This document shows positions 19,847-30,529 of a stretch of 64,000 nucleotides of DNA, piece by piece. Made by a program: the position numbers and the translations under genes. The first letter of the stretch is position 1. Every line of letters begins with the position of its first letter. The notes under the pieces were generated by a model that saw only the letters and a list, made by a program, of their open reading frames with translations, was not told the DNA's origin and searched no databases. Origin of the DNA: Methylocella sp. (GTDB lineage: Bacteria; Pseudomonadota; Alphaproteobacteria; Rhizobiales; Beijerinckiaceae); contig DATJBL010000064.1 of NCBI GenBank assembly GCA_035515355.1, positions 2,269 through 66,268 on the forward strand, read 5' to 3'.

Positions 19847-20141
19847 AAGGCACATAGATGCGCTTTGCCAATGCGTCAATTGTCGAATTAGAAAGGTTGG
19901 CGTGGTAGAAGAGCCGCTCGGGCCGTGCAATTGGGTGGACAGGCGAGAGTTCCATCTTGACCCCGCCCGTGTGAGCTGGATGAATGAGAAATTGGAGATA
20001 CGCCTGGAATAGTTCGTGCATGATCTTAAAAAAGATCCAGAGTTTCCGGAGGAAGATCATACGAGAAAACCAGAGCGAAAGGGACATGATCCTTTCCAAT
20101 TTGAAGAGATCATGCTCTTGAAGGATACGCTAGGAAGAGGC

Positions 20142-20498
20142 ATGCAAAAGAATTTCACTTTGACGTTACTCCTCATCTCTACCGCCGCGCTTGCTGGCTG
20201 CGGCTATACGCCTGAGCAACGCGGCGCAAGCGGTGCGGCTCTCGGAGGAGCGACGGGCGCGGCGATCGGAGCTGCAACCGGCGGCGGTGTCGGGGCGGCG
20301 CTTGCCGGGGGCGCCCTCGGCGCGGCGACCGGCGCGATCGTTGGCGCGACCACGGCGCCGCCGCCCCCACCGCCCCCTGGTGCTTATCCGCCCCCACCAC
20401 CCCCTGGTGCTTATCCGCCGCCACCTCCGGGACGTTGTGCGCGGGTTGGTTATGATGCCTATGGCAATCAAGTATGCACGGCGTATTACGGTTATTGA
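20142..20498 (+). CDS. glycine-zipper lipoprotein with polyproline repeats
   Basis: SD GGAAGAGG precedes ATG 20142. Lipobox LLLISTAALAGC. Gly-zipper (GAALGGATGAAIGAATGGGVGAALAGGALGAATGAIVGA), then PPPPPPPGAYPPPPPPGAYPPPPPG and a Cys-containing tail. Confidence 0.8.
   Translation: MQKNFTLTLLLISTAALAGCGYTPEQRGASGAALGGATGAAIGAATGGGVGAALAGGALGAATGAIVGATTAPPPPPPPGAYPPPPPPGAYPPPPPGRCARVGYDAYGNQVCTAYYGY
20364..20417 (+). repeat. 27-nt tandem duplication (x2, 1 mismatch) encoding PPPPPGAYP
   Basis: cccccaccgccccctggtgcttatccg (20364-20390) versus cccccaccaccccctggtgcttatccg (20391-20417). Confidence 0.9.
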
Positions 20499-21244
20499 CA
20501 CCAGATTGCACGCTTCCGGCGGTTGTTCGTCCCTCTCCCAATCATGGCGAGCGCAAGGGAGCGGTGGCTGATGCGATCATCCTGCATTATACAGGTATCG
20601 CGACGGGCACGGCTGCCCTCGAGCGCCTCTGCTCGGAAGCCTCGCAAGTCTCTGCGCATTATCTCGTGCAGGAGGATGGCGAGCTTTTTCAGCTCGTGCC
20701 GGAGGAGCGCCGCGCTTGGCACGCCGGGATCGGTGTTTGGGCCGGCGACCGCGATATGAACACGGTCTCCATTGGCATCGAGATCGCGAATTACGGCCAT
20801 GCCGGCGGCTTGCCGCCCTATCCTCCGGCGCAGATCGAGACGGTCATCGCACTTTGCCGGGACATTTCAAGACGTTGGAAGATCAAGCCGGCGCGCATTC
20901 TCGCCCATTCCGATCTCGCGCCCGACCGCAAGATTGATCCGGGCGAGCATTTCCCTTGGGGCAAATTGGCCCAGGCCGGGGTCGGCCATTTCGTGGTGCC
21001 CTGCGCCATCGAGGAGGGTCCGTGCCTCAAGCCTGGCGCTAAGGGGCCAGAGGTCGAAGCACTGCAAGCGATGCTTGTGAGCTACGGCTATGGCCTAGAG
21101 GTGACGGGTCTCTATGATGCCAAAACTCAATCCACCATCACTGCTTTTCAACGCCATTTCCGGCCGGCCCGCGTCGACGGGATCGCGGATCCCTCGACCA
21201 TCTCTACTCTGCGCAAGCTCATCGAAACATTGCCGGCGTCCTAA
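20474..21244 (+). CDS. N-acetylmuramoyl-L-alanine amidase (AmpD-like) with C-terminal peptidoglycan-binding domain
   Basis: Amidase_2-like motifs (SPNHGER ... ILHYT ... SAHYLV ... RAWHAG ... SIGIEI ... ILAHSD ... KIDPG). PG_binding_1-like tail ([16 protein letters not shown] ... DGIADPSTI). The start is uncertain; it overlaps the lipoprotein gene end. Confidence 0.85.
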   Translation: MHGVLRLLTPDCTLPAVVRPSPNHGERKGAVADAIILHYTGIATGTAALERLCSEASQVSAHYLVQEDGELFQLVPEERRAWHAGIGVWAGDRDMNTVSIGIEIANYGHAGGLPPYPPAQIETVIALCRDISRRWKIKPARILAHSDLAPDRKIDPGEHFPWGKLAQAGVGHFVVPCAIEEGPCLKPGAKGPEVEALQAMLVSYGYGLEVTGLYDAKTQSTITAFQRHFRPARVDGIADPSTISTLRKLIETLPAS

Positions 21245-21366
21245 AGAGCAGGCAGGAGGGGTCTTCGAACCGTGTTTGCCCTACGCGAGCCCTGCACAAC
21301 AAGGCAGCGCGTAATTCCATTAGGCTGCCGCTTTGCGAAGAGCGCGCGGCACTCGAGGAGCATCTC

Positions 21367-22377
21367 GTGAACGACGCTGTAACGCCCGCAAACCTATTCA
21401 ACATCGGGTTCGGTTTCTGGGGATCGAAAGTTCTGCTCAGCGCCGTGGAGCTCGGACTCTTCACCGAACTCGCTAAGGGACCGGCCGATCTTGAAACGCT
21501 GTCTCCGCAGCTTGGCTTGCACGGTCGCGCTGCCCGCGATTTTCTCGATGCGCTTGTCGCCCTGAAATTGCTCGAACGGCGGGACGCAGACTACAGCAAC
21601 ACGCTGGAGACGGATTTCTTTCTCGACCGGGCCAAGCCAAGCTATGTTGGCGGGCTCCTCGAAATGGCAAACGCTCGTCTTTATGAGGCGTGGGGCTCAC
21701 TGACCGAAGCGCTCAAAACAGGCTGTCATCAGAACGAGGCCAAGGGCGCAGGCGACGTGTTCACCACGCTCTATGCTGATCCAGAAAGGTTGCGCGGATT
21801 CCTTGCCGCCATGAGCGGAGTTAGCCTTGGCGCCGCTCAAGCGATTGCCGCCAAATTTCCATGGAAGGACTATAAGACCTTTACGGATATTGGCTGCGCG
21901 CAAGGCATGGTGGCGGCAACCCTTGCCGCGGCACACCCGCATCTCTCCGGAATTGGATATGACTTGCCACCGGTCAAGCCGGTCTTTGAGGAATTCCTGG
22001 CCAAGCGCGGAGGATTGGATCGGGTCGAATTCAGATCTGGCAATTTTTTCGAAGATCCGCTGCCGTCCGCTGATGTCCTCATCATGGGCCATATTCTTCA
22101 CGATTGGGATTTGTCACAAAAACGCATGCTGCTCGCAAAGGCCCATGCCGCGCTCCCAGAGGGCGGGGCACTGATTGTCTATGAGGCGATCATCGACGAT
22201 GAGCGGCGCGAAAACGCGTTCGGTCTTATGATGAGCTTGAACATGCTGATCGAGACAACGGGCGGTTTTGACTTTACCGGGGCCGATTGCCAGACATGGA
22301 TGCGCGAGGCCGGGTTTTCGCAAACGCGCGTTCAGCCGCTTGCGGGTCCAGATTCGATGGTCGTCGCGATCAAATAG
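21367..22377 (+). CDS. class I SAM-dependent O-methyltransferase (Methyltransf_2 type, with N-terminal dimerisation domain)
   Basis: SAM motif FTDIGCAQG, followed by DLPPV ... [23 protein letters not shown], typical of COMT/ASMT-like bacterial O-methyltransferases. Confidence 0.8.
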   Translation: MNDAVTPANLFNIGFGFWGSKVLLSAVELGLFTELAKGPADLETLSPQLGLHGRAARDFLDALVALKLLERRDADYSNTLETDFFLDRAKPSYVGGLLEMANARLYEAWGSLTEALKTGCHQNEAKGAGDVFTTLYADPERLRGFLAAMSGVSLGAAQAIAAKFPWKDYKTFTDIGCAQGMVAATLAAAHPHLSGIGYDLPPVKPVFEEFLAKRGGLDRVEFRSGNFFEDPLPSADVLIMGHILHDWDLSQKRMLLAKAHAALPEGGALIVYEAIIDDERRENAFGLMMSLNMLIETTGGFDFTGADCQTWMREAGFSQTRVQPLAGPDSMVVAIK

Positions 22378-22432
22378 AAGGGTCACAAAGCCGCGCGGCA
22401 GAATTGTGCCTCCCGCGCATTTCCGGCGCTGG

Positions 22433-25400
22433 CTAGGTAGGAGTTTCCGGAACGGCGCCCGAAACACGCGGGAATAGCCGGCGCCATTGCCTTTTTCCCC
22501 ACAGCCGGAACCGGTCGAGGTAGAGATAGAGAACGGGCGTGGTGTAAAGGGTCAAGAGCTGGCTGACAATCAGCCCGCCGACGATCGCGATCCCGAGCGG
22601 GCGCCTGATCTCGCCGCCATCGCCGAAACTGAGCGCCAGCGGTATGGCACCGAAGATCGCGGCGAATGTTGTCATCATGATCGGCCGGAAGCGCAAGAGG
22701 CAGGCGCGAAAGATTGCATCACGCGGCGAAAGCCCTTCGGAGCGTTCCGCTTCAAGCGCGAAGTCGATCATCATGATCGCGTTCTTCTTGACGATGCCGA
22801 TCAGCAAAATCACCCCGATCATCGCGATGATGCTGAACTCCGTGTGAAACAGCAAAAGCGCAAGGACGGCGCCGACGCCGGCGGAGGGCAGCGTTGAAAG
22901 AATGGTGACCGGATGGACGAAGCTCTCGTAAAGGATTCCTAAAACGATGTAGATCGTCGCAAGCGCGGCGATGATCAGAAAGCGTTCGTTCGCAAGCGAC
23001 TGCTCGAAGGCGCGGGCGGTGCCCTGAAGACCGCCATGAATCGTTTGGGGCGGCTGAAGCTTTTTCATCGTCTGATCGATCTCGTTCGCCGCATCGCCCA
23101 ACGATGTACCGAGAGGGAGATTGAAGGAGATCGTGCTCGCGACGAAGAGGCCCTGATGGTTGACCGCCAAAGGTGTGTGGCCCGGGCCAATATGAGTAAA
23201 GGCGGCAAGCGGAATCATCGTTTCCTGCGAGGTGCTGACCGCCGCGCCCGCCGAAGTGCCTTGCCGGCCGGTGTTGGCGAGTGCGTTGGTTTGGGCATTG
23301 CGCGCCTCTTGCCCTGCCGCCGCTGTGGCCTGGCCGGAGGCGACTGCCAGCGTTCCCGGCGCGGGGAGGGGAGCGCTCTGCGATACCGTCCCCGCCACGG
23401 CATTGGTCGTTGCCGTGCCATTCGGGCTGGCGCCAACGGTGCTGACATAAAGATCCTTCAGGATCGAAGGATCTTGCCAATAACGCGGGTCGACTTCCAT
23501 CACGACGTGATATTGGTTGACGGCGCTGTAGATTGTCGAGACTTGGCGCTGGCCGAATGCATCATAGAGCGTATTGTCGATCTGGCTCATGACGAGGCCG
23601 AGACGGGACGCCGTGTCGCGGTCGACGGTAACGTCAGTCTCAAGGCCTTTCTGCTGCTGATCTGAATTGACATCTTTGAGGATGGAGCTGTCTTGCAACG
23701 CCTTAAGGAGGCGGGGCTCGAAGGCATAAAGCTCGGCCGTGTCGTCGCCTTCCAACGTATATTGGTATTGCGCATTACTGAGCCGTCCGCCCATTCTGAT
23801 GTCCTGTACCGACTGCAGATAAAGGCGCGCCCCAGCGACCTGAGCGAGCTTGCCGCGCAGGCGGTCAATCACTTCGTCCGATGTTTCGCGGCGCTGGGCT
23901 GGGGGTTTGAGGTCGATATAGACCAGTCCGGCATTGGTGCCACCTGCTCCTGCTCCTGTATATCCCTTGACGGTGGCGACCGCCGGATCGCTTTGCACAA
24001 TGGCCTGAAGCTGCGCGAGCTTTTTCTGCATCGCTTGGAACGAGATCGACTGATCGGCTTGAATGCTGCCGATGATACGGCTGGTGTCTTGCTGCGGAAA
24101 AAAGCCTTTTGGTATGACCTTAAACAGGACCACGTTGAGGCACACGGTCGCAAACAAAACAAGCATGACGAGGCCGCCATGGCGCAGCGCGACGTTGAGC
24201 GTTCGTTCATAGCCACGCAGAATCTTGGCGAACGGATCAAACCGGCGCCTCGCAACCTCGCCGGGCCTCGGCCGCAGAAACAGCGCGCACATCATGGGCG
24301 TTGCGGTCAAGGAGAGGGAGAGCGAGACAAGGATCGCAACCGAAAGAGTGACAGCGAATTCGCGGAACAGTCGGCCGATAATCCCGCCCATGAAAAGAAT
24401 TGGAATGAACACCGCAATGAGAGAGATGCTGATCGACAGCACCGTGAACCCCACTTCTCCCGCACCAATAAGGGCAGCCTCGATGCGTCCTCTCCCTTCC
24501 TCGAGGTGGCGCGCAATGTTTTCTTGAACCACAATCGCATCATCGACTACGAAGCCCGTCGCGATGGTCAGAGCCATGAGAGACAAATTGTTCAGGCTGA
24601 AGTTCAAGAGATACATCACACCGAAGGTGCCGATGATCGAAACAGGCACCGCGATGCTTGGAATGATCGCGGCGTGGATATCGCGCAGGAACAAAAACAC
24701 AATCAGCGTGACGAGAAGAACCGCTGTCACCAAAGTCCATTCGGTATCATGCAAGGAAGCACGGATCGTATTGCTGCGGTCGTTGGCCTGCGAGAACACG
24801 ATATCGCTCGGCAACGCCGCTTGGAGATGCGGCAATTCGGCCTTCACGCGCTCGACTGCATCAATAATATTCGCGCCCGGCTGACGAAATATAATGACGA
24901 AAACCGCCGGCTTGCCGTCAGAGAGGCCCTCATTGCGAACGTCCTCGACCGAATCCAACACTTCAGCAACGTCGGTAAGATGGACGGGGGCACCATTGCG
25001 GTAGGCGATGACGAGAGGTTTGTAGTCAGCCGCTTTGGTCGCTTGATCGTTGGTGTAGATTTGGAAATGCCTAGCATCGTCTTCAATCGCGCCCTTTGGG
25101 CTGTTGGCGTTGGCCGACGCCAGCGCCGCGCGCACGTCCTCAAGCCCAATGCCGTACTTCGACAAGGCATGCGGGTTGAGCTCCACGCGCACCCCCGGCA
25201 AAGCGGCGCCGCCGATGACAACCTGACCTATGCCGTCAAGCTGGGAAATCCTTTGCTGCAGGATGTTTGAGGCGTAATCATACATCTGGCCGCGTGTCTT
25301 GGTCTTCGATGTCATCGTGAGGATGAGAATCGGTGCATCGGCCGGGTTGATTTTGCGGTAGGTGGGATTCGTCGGCAGATTCGTCGGGAGGTCGGCAAGC

Positions 25401-25744
25401 GAAGCATTTATTGCCGCCTCGACATCGCGCGCGGCGCCGTCGATGTCGCGATCAAGATCGAACTGAAGGATGATCCGGGTCTGACCGAGGCTGCTTGACG
25501 AGGTCATCTCGGTGACATGGGCAATCTGACCGAGATGCCGCTCAAGAGGGCTTGCAAGGCTTGCCGCCACCGTGTCCGGGCTCGCGCCGGGAAGCTGCGC
25601 CTGTACTAAGATCGTCGGAAAATCGACTTGCGGAAGTGGCGAGACCGGCAGGTGCAGAAAAGCAAGGCACCCCGCCAGCGCGATCCCGAAGGTCAAGAGG
25701 GTCGTTGCGACCGGACGCGCGATAAAAGGTGCCGAGAGGTTCAT
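22433..25744 (-). CDS. mdtC: multidrug efflux RND permease, MdtC-like
   Basis: N-terminus ([11 protein letters not shown] ... [22 protein letters not shown] ... [27 protein letters not shown]) closely parallels E. coli MdtC. It is the second of two tandem RND genes. 1,103 aa, with a low-complexity insertion. Confidence 0.9.
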   Translation of the reverse strand: MNLSAPFIARPVATTLLTFGIALAGCLAFLHLPVSPLPQVDFPTILVQAQLPGASPDTVAASLASPLERHLGQIAHVTEMTSSSSLGQTRIILQFDLDRDIDGAARDVEAAINASLADLPTNLPTNPTYRKINPADAPILILTMTSKTKTRGQMYDYASNILQQRISQLDGIGQVVIGGAALPGVRVELNPHALSKYGIGLEDVRAALASANANSPKGAIEDDARHFQIYTNDQATKAADYKPLVIAYRNGAPVHLTDVAEVLDSVEDVRNEGLSDGKPAVFVIIFRQPGANIIDAVERVKAELPHLQAALPSDIVFSQANDRSNTIRASLHDTEWTLVTAVLLVTLIVFLFLRDIHAAIIPSIAVPVSIIGTFGVMYLLNFSLNNLSLMALTIATGFVVDDAIVVQENIARHLEEGRGRIEAALIGAGEVGFTVLSISISLIAVFIPILFMGGIIGRLFREFAVTLSVAILVSLSLSLTATPMMCALFLRPRPGEVARRRFDPFAKILRGYERTLNVALRHGGLVMLVLFATVCLNVVLFKVIPKGFFPQQDTSRIIGSIQADQSISFQAMQKKLAQLQAIVQSDPAVATVKGYTGAGAGGTNAGLVYIDLKPPAQRRETSDEVIDRLRGKLAQVAGARLYLQSVQDIRMGGRLSNAQYQYTLEGDDTAELYAFEPRLLKALQDSSILKDVNSDQQQKGLETDVTVDRDTASRLGLVMSQIDNTLYDAFGQRQVSTIYSAVNQYHVVMEVDPRYWQDPSILKDLYVSTVGASPNGTATTNAVAGTVSQSAPLPAPGTLAVASGQATAAAGQEARNAQTNALANTGRQGTSAGAAVSTSQETMIPLAAFTHIGPGHTPLAVNHQGLFVASTISFNLPLGTSLGDAANEIDQTMKKLQPPQTIHGGLQGTARAFEQSLANERFLIIAALATIYIVLGILYESFVHPVTILSTLPSAGVGAVLALLLFHTEFSIIAMIGVILLIGIVKKNAIMMIDFALEAERSEGLSPRDAIFRACLLRFRPIMMTTFAAIFGAIPLALSFGDGGEIRRPLGIAIVGGLIVSQLLTLYTTPVLYLYLDRFRLWGKRQWRRLFPRVSGAVPETPT

Positions 25745-28700
25745 CCCTGTGGTGCCTCGCCAGCGGCCATCGGAGGCCTATTGGGGCGCCGCCCTCTCAA
25801 CCGTAGCGCCAAGCGATCGAAATAGAGGTAAATCACCGGGGTGGTGAAAAGCGTCAGGACCTGGCTCACGATGAGTCCACCGACGATGGCGATGCCGAGC
25901 GGATTGCGGAGTTCCGAGCCGGTGCCGGCTCCAAGCATCAAGGGCAACGCGCCGAGGATCGCCGCGAAGGTGGTCATCAAGATCGGACGAAAGCGCAAAA
26001 GACACGCTTGGTAGATGGCTTCACGTGGAGCCATCCCTTCGGAGCGCTCGGCATCGAGCGCGAAATCGATCATAAGGATCGCGTTTTTCTTCACGATGCC
26101 GATGAGGAGGATAATTCCAATGATCGCGATGACATCGAGATCATGGCCGGATGCCATTAACGCGAGGAGCGCGCCGACTCCCGCCGAGGGCAAGGTCGAG
26201 AGAATCGTGATGGGATGAATGAAGCTCTCGTAAAGCACGCCAAGCACAATATACATCGTGACCACTGCGGCGATGATTAAAAAAAGCTCATTCGTCAAGG
26301 ATGCACGGAACGCCGCGGCTGCACCCTGGAAGGATGTCACGAAACTCGCGGGGAGCCCGAGTTCTTGCTCGGTCTTTTCGATTGCCGCCACCGCGGCGCC
26401 GAGCGAGGCGCCTGGGGCGGGATTGAAGGAAATCGCCGTTGCTGGAAATTGCGAAAGATGGGTAATCAGCAAAGGTCCTTCGCGTTCCTGCACCTGGACA
26501 ACCGCCGAAAACGGAACCTGGCCATTGCTGGAGGAGGACGAGGATGGCAGGTAAAATGAGGAAAGGCTGGAGAGCGCGCGCTGCAAGGCTGGATCGGCTT
26601 CCATAATGACGCGGTATTGGTTCGACTGCGTGTAGATCGTCGAGATGATGCGCTGACCAAAAGAGTCATAAAGCGCATTATCGACGCTGCCCGGGGTAAT
26701 TCCAAACCGGGCGGCGGTTTTGCGGTCAATCGTGAGGTCGACCGCAAGACCCTTGTTCTGCATGTCGCTTGCGACGTCGCGAAGCTCCGGTTGCTTTCCG
26801 AGCGCTTGCACAAGCTTCGGCACCCAGATGTCGAGAGCGGCGGGGTTGGCGTCCTGCAAGATAAAGCGATATTGGGCGCGGCTGATGCTGGAATCAATTG
26901 TAAGGTCCTGAACCGGCTGCATGTAAAGCGAGACTCCGGCAATTCTAGAGACCTCTTTCTGAAGGCGCCGGACGACTTCGCTGGCGGTGAGCTGCCGCTC
27001 GGATCTGGGCTTCAGATTGATCAGAAATCTGCCGCCGCTCAGGGTTGTGTTGTCACCGTCGATGCCAATGAACGAACTTACGTTTTCGACCGCCGGATCC
27101 CGCAGGATGACATCCGTGAGCTGGCGCTGATACTTGGCCATCGCCTCGAAGGAAACACTCTGCGGGGCTTCCGTGATCGCCTGAATCATGCCGGTGTCTT
27201 GCACCGGGAAAAATCCCTTTGGAATCACGATGTAGAGGACCACTGTCAGGCCAAGCGTCGCAACCGCGACAAAAAGTGTGAGGGGCTGATGCCGCAGCAC
27301 GACCTCGAGGGCGCGGCCGTAATGCCTAATCAGTTCATTGAAGGCCCTCTCGGACGCAAGATCAAAGCGGTTGCGCGCGGCGTCCGGCCGGTGCCGGATC
27401 AGGCGCGCGCAGAGCATGGGGACCAATGTGAGCGACACAATCGCCGAGATCACGATCGTGACAGCCAGCGTGACCGCGAATTCGTGAAAAATCCGGCCTG
27501 CCACATCACCCATGAACAGCAGCGGAATAAGAACCGCGATCAAGGATACGGTGAGCGAAACGATGGTAAAACCGATCTGCCCGGAACCTTTCAGGGCTGC
27601 CTCCAAAGGAGGATCCCCCGCCTCGACATAGCGTGCGATGTTCTCGATCATGACAATCGCATCATCGACGACGAAGCCCGTCGAGATCGTCAAAGCCATG
27701 AGTGAAAGATTGTCGAGACTGAATCCCAGCATGTACATCGCGGCGAAGGTGCCGACGAGGGATAAGGGGACGGAAAGGCTTGGAATGATGGTCGCGGGCA
27801 GGTTCCGCAGAAACACAAAGATTACCAAGACGACCAGGGCCACCGCAAGCGCGAGCTCGAACTCAACGTCTTCCACGGATGCGCGGATGGTGGTCGTGCG
27901 GTCGCTCAGCACCGCGACATCTGCTGCGGGCGGCAGACTCGCCACGATTGTCGGCAGCAAGCGTTTGATCGAGTCAACCACGGCAATGACATTTGCCCCT
28001 GGCTGACGTCGGATGCTGAGAATGATCGCCGGAGTGGTATTGGCCAAGGCGCCGAGCTTATCGTTTTCTGCGCCCGCAGTGGCGGTGGCAACGTCCGAAA
28101 GCCGGACGGGAGCGCCATTACGGTAGGCAATCACGAGGTCGTTGTAGGCGGAGGCGCTGTTCATTTGATCGTTGTCATTGATCGTCGATGCCTGCGCCGG
28201 ACCGTCAAAGCTGCCCTTTGGCAGATTGACGTTGTCATTGCTGATCGTCGTTCGAAGATCATCTATGTTAAGGCCGTAGGCGGCGAGCGCGGCGGGATTG
28301 AACTTGATCCGTACCGCCGGTCTCTGGCCGCCGCTAATCGTTACAAGACCGACGCCTGGCTGTTGTGACAGCTTTTGCGCGAGCCGCGTCTCGCTGATGT
28401 CCTCAAGCTCGGTTAAAGGCAAGGTCTTTGAGGTGACTGAAAGCGTCATGATCGGCGCGTCAGCCGGGTTGATCTTGGCATAGATGGGGGGCGCAGGTAG
28501 GCCACTTGGGAGGAGGTTGTTGGCAGCGTTGATCGCGGCCTGAACCTCTTGTTCGGCGACATCGAGACTTATGCTGAGGCTGAACTGCAGAGTTATGACT
28601 GAAGCCCCTGCTGAACTTGCCGACGTCATTTGATTGAGACCCGGCATCTGTCCCAATTGCCGCTCAAGCGGCGCCGTCACCGAAGAGGTCATCACCTCCG

Positions 28701-28866
28701 GGCTTGCACCGGGCAGAAAGGTCTGGACCTGAATGGTGGGATAATCGACTTCGGGCAGGGCAGAGAGCGGCAGAAAGCCATAGGCAACCCCGCCGGCGAG
28801 CATGATCGCCGCCATTAGAAGCGTAGTTGCAACTGGGCGCAGGATAAAAAGTCGTGATGGATTCAT
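25741..28866 (-). CDS. mdtB: multidrug efflux RND permease, MdtB-like
   Basis: N-terminus ([23 protein letters not shown] ... [41 protein letters not shown]) closely parallels E. coli MdtB. 4-nt overlap with the downstream RND gene. Confidence 0.92.
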   Translation of the reverse strand: MNPSRLFILRPVATTLLMAAIMLAGGVAYGFLPLSALPEVDYPTIQVQTFLPGASPEVMTSSVTAPLERQLGQMPGLNQMTSASSAGASVITLQFSLSISLDVAEQEVQAAINAANNLLPSGLPAPPIYAKINPADAPIMTLSVTSKTLPLTELEDISETRLAQKLSQQPGVGLVTISGGQRPAVRIKFNPAALAAYGLNIDDLRTTISNDNVNLPKGSFDGPAQASTINDNDQMNSASAYNDLVIAYRNGAPVRLSDVATATAGAENDKLGALANTTPAIILSIRRQPGANVIAVVDSIKRLLPTIVASLPPAADVAVLSDRTTTIRASVEDVEFELALAVALVVLVIFVFLRNLPATIIPSLSVPLSLVGTFAAMYMLGFSLDNLSLMALTISTGFVVDDAIVMIENIARYVEAGDPPLEAALKGSGQIGFTIVSLTVSLIAVLIPLLFMGDVAGRIFHEFAVTLAVTIVISAIVSLTLVPMLCARLIRHRPDAARNRFDLASERAFNELIRHYGRALEVVLRHQPLTLFVAVATLGLTVVLYIVIPKGFFPVQDTGMIQAITEAPQSVSFEAMAKYQRQLTDVILRDPAVENVSSFIGIDGDNTTLSGGRFLINLKPRSERQLTASEVVRRLQKEVSRIAGVSLYMQPVQDLTIDSSISRAQYRFILQDANPAALDIWVPKLVQALGKQPELRDVASDMQNKGLAVDLTIDRKTAARFGITPGSVDNALYDSFGQRIISTIYTQSNQYRVIMEADPALQRALSSLSSFYLPSSSSSSNGQVPFSAVVQVQEREGPLLITHLSQFPATAISFNPAPGASLGAAVAAIEKTEQELGLPASFVTSFQGAAAAFRASLTNELFLIIAAVVTMYIVLGVLYESFIHPITILSTLPSAGVGALLALMASGHDLDVIAIIGIILLIGIVKKNAILMIDFALDAERSEGMAPREAIYQACLLRFRPILMTTFAAILGALPLMLGAGTGSELRNPLGIAIVGGLIVSQVLTLFTTPVIYLYFDRLALRLRGRRPNRPPMAAGEAPQG

Positions 28867-28918
28867 GGGGAAAGCCTGGCGCAGGATGGCGCCGCTTGCT
28901 CATTCATCTTCGGCATCT

Positions 28919-30334
28919 TCATGGCCGGGTTGGCTCTCCTCCAGAATGATCGCTGTGATGATGGTTGCCTGAGCGCCCTTTTGCGTTTTCGTGCCCTCCG
29001 GATTGCGCGGGCTTGCCGTCGGAGCCACCTTCGGCCGTCGAAACCAAAACCCGGGCGCCATCCCGCAAGCGGTCGGTGCCGTCGACGACGACCCGCTCGC
29101 CAAGCGAAAGACCTGAATCGACGGCGTACATAGCTCCATCGAGCGGGCCAAGCTTGACGGGTCGCGCCGAGACCTTGTCATCGGCGCCGACGACGTAGAC
29201 GTAGGTTCCAGGTGCACCGCGCTGAACCGCGCTCGAAGGCACCGTCATGACGCCATGTAGTGATTTGAGAAGGAGCCGAGCATTAACAAACTGGTTTGGA
29301 AAAAGCTTGTCATCCAGATTATCGAAAATAGCGCGGATCTTCACGGTGCCCGTTGTCGGGTCGATCTGATTGTCTATTGTCTCGACTTTTCCTACCGAAA
29401 GGGGGGTGACATTAGCGCGGTCATAGGCCGTGACCTCGAGCGGCGTGCCAGCTTTGATCCCGGCCATGATTTCTTGAATATCGTCCTCAGGAACCACGAA
29501 AATCACCGTGATCGGATGCAGTTGCGTGAGCACCGCGAGGCCGTTGGCGTCGGTTGTCTGAACATAATTTCCAGCATCAACGAGGCGCAGGCCAACACGG
29601 CCGTCAATAGGCGAAACGATCCGCGCATAGATCAAGTTCAATTTTTGATTGTCGATCTGAGCTTGATCGAGCTTGACCGAGCCCTCGTATTGCTTGACGA
29701 TATATTCCTGATCTTCCGCCTGCTGCCGTGCGATCGAATTCTGTTTGACAAGGGCTTGATAGCGGGCCAGATCCATCTTGGCTTGTTCGAGCAGACCCTG
29801 ATCATGGATGAGCTGCCCCTCGTATTGAACTTCGGCCAATTGAAATGGGCGCGGATCGATCTGCGCCAAAAAATCACCTTTCTTAACCAATTGGCCTTCC
29901 TCGAAGCCGACCTCGAGCAGTTGGCCATTGACCTGGGTTCGTACGGTGACCGTCGCGAGGGGTGTCACCGCGCCAAGACCTGTCACTATGACTTTGATGT
30001 CTCCCGTTCCGATGGTGGCTATGCCGACCGGCTGCGGCGCGTTTAGTTGCTCGACAGGAGACTCTCCTCGTGGCGCACGGAACGCCGTTGCTATCCTGTA
30101 GAGCCCAAATCCAAGCAAAACAGCGACGCCAAGCAAGACGAGCGGCCAAAGCCGTGCTTTCGGTCGTGCCTTCTGATCGGGAAGCTTGCGCGCATAATCC
30201 CGACCGGCGGTGCCGTCGCGCAGGTATGTTTCCGCTGCGACCTCTGTCTTAGCCCTGTCTGTTAAGTCATCCATGCTTTTAGGGTCCGCTGCAGGCTCTA
30301 TATCTTGCGCCATCGGAAGACATAGTAGAGTCAT
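28919..30334 (-). CDS. mdtA: efflux RND periplasmic adaptor (membrane fusion protein), MdtA-like
   Basis: TM anchor (LWPLVLLGVAVLLGFGL). HlyD/MFP-type lipoyl, hairpin and beta-barrel regions (VRTQVNGQLLEVGFEEGQLVKKGDFLAQIDPRPF ...). Directly upstream of mdtB. The start codon is uncertain. Confidence 0.88.
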   Translation of the reverse strand: MTLLCLPMAQDIEPAADPKSMDDLTDRAKTEVAAETYLRDGTAGRDYARKLPDQKARPKARLWPLVLLGVAVLLGFGLYRIATAFRAPRGESPVEQLNAPQPVGIATIGTGDIKVIVTGLGAVTPLATVTVRTQVNGQLLEVGFEEGQLVKKGDFLAQIDPRPFQLAEVQYEGQLIHDQGLLEQAKMDLARYQALVKQNSIARQQAEDQEYIVKQYEGSVKLDQAQIDNQKLNLIYARIVSPIDGRVGLRLVDAGNYVQTTDANGLAVLTQLHPITVIFVVPEDDIQEIMAGIKAGTPLEVTAYDRANVTPLSVGKVETIDNQIDPTTGTVKIRAIFDNLDDKLFPNQFVNARLLLKSLHGVMTVPSSAVQRGAPGTYVYVVGADDKVSARPVKLGPLDGAMYAVDSGLSLGERVVVDGTDRLRDGARVLVSTAEGGSDGKPAQSGGHENAKGRSGNHHHSDHSGGEPTRP

Positions 30335-30529
30335 TGTTCACGGCGCGGGTTAACGCTCAAGTTCCGTAGGGTGAAACTTTCGTAATCTTTCGACACCGAA
30401 TTGTTTCGATCAACGTTTAGCTCTGGACTTACAAGGGCTCCACACGCGGAGACAGCCAACATCTGGGCCCCAGAATACCGGATTTATGTGTGTGTGCCGT
30501 TTTGTCTCGCCTATCGCCGAGGAATGGTT

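Noticed and set aside
19515-20012. 165-aa ORF and overlapping minus-strand ORFs (19160..19561, 19694..19930, 19749..20099)
   Set aside because: The region is occupied by RNase P RNA (rnpB). The ORFs have no SD and no protein-like features.
20016-20141. N-terminal 42-codon extension of the lipoprotein ORF (MHDLKKDPEFPEEDHTRK...)
   Set aside because: The lipoprotein signal peptide and lipobox begin at Met 20142, which has its own SD. An N-terminal extension would bury the signal peptide.
23693-27705. 525-aa (23693..25270) and 362-aa (26617..27705) plus-strand ORFs inside the RND pump genes
   Set aside because: They lie opposite the well-conserved MdtC-like and MdtB-like coding sequences. The translations are Arg/Asp/His-rich with no family resemblance.
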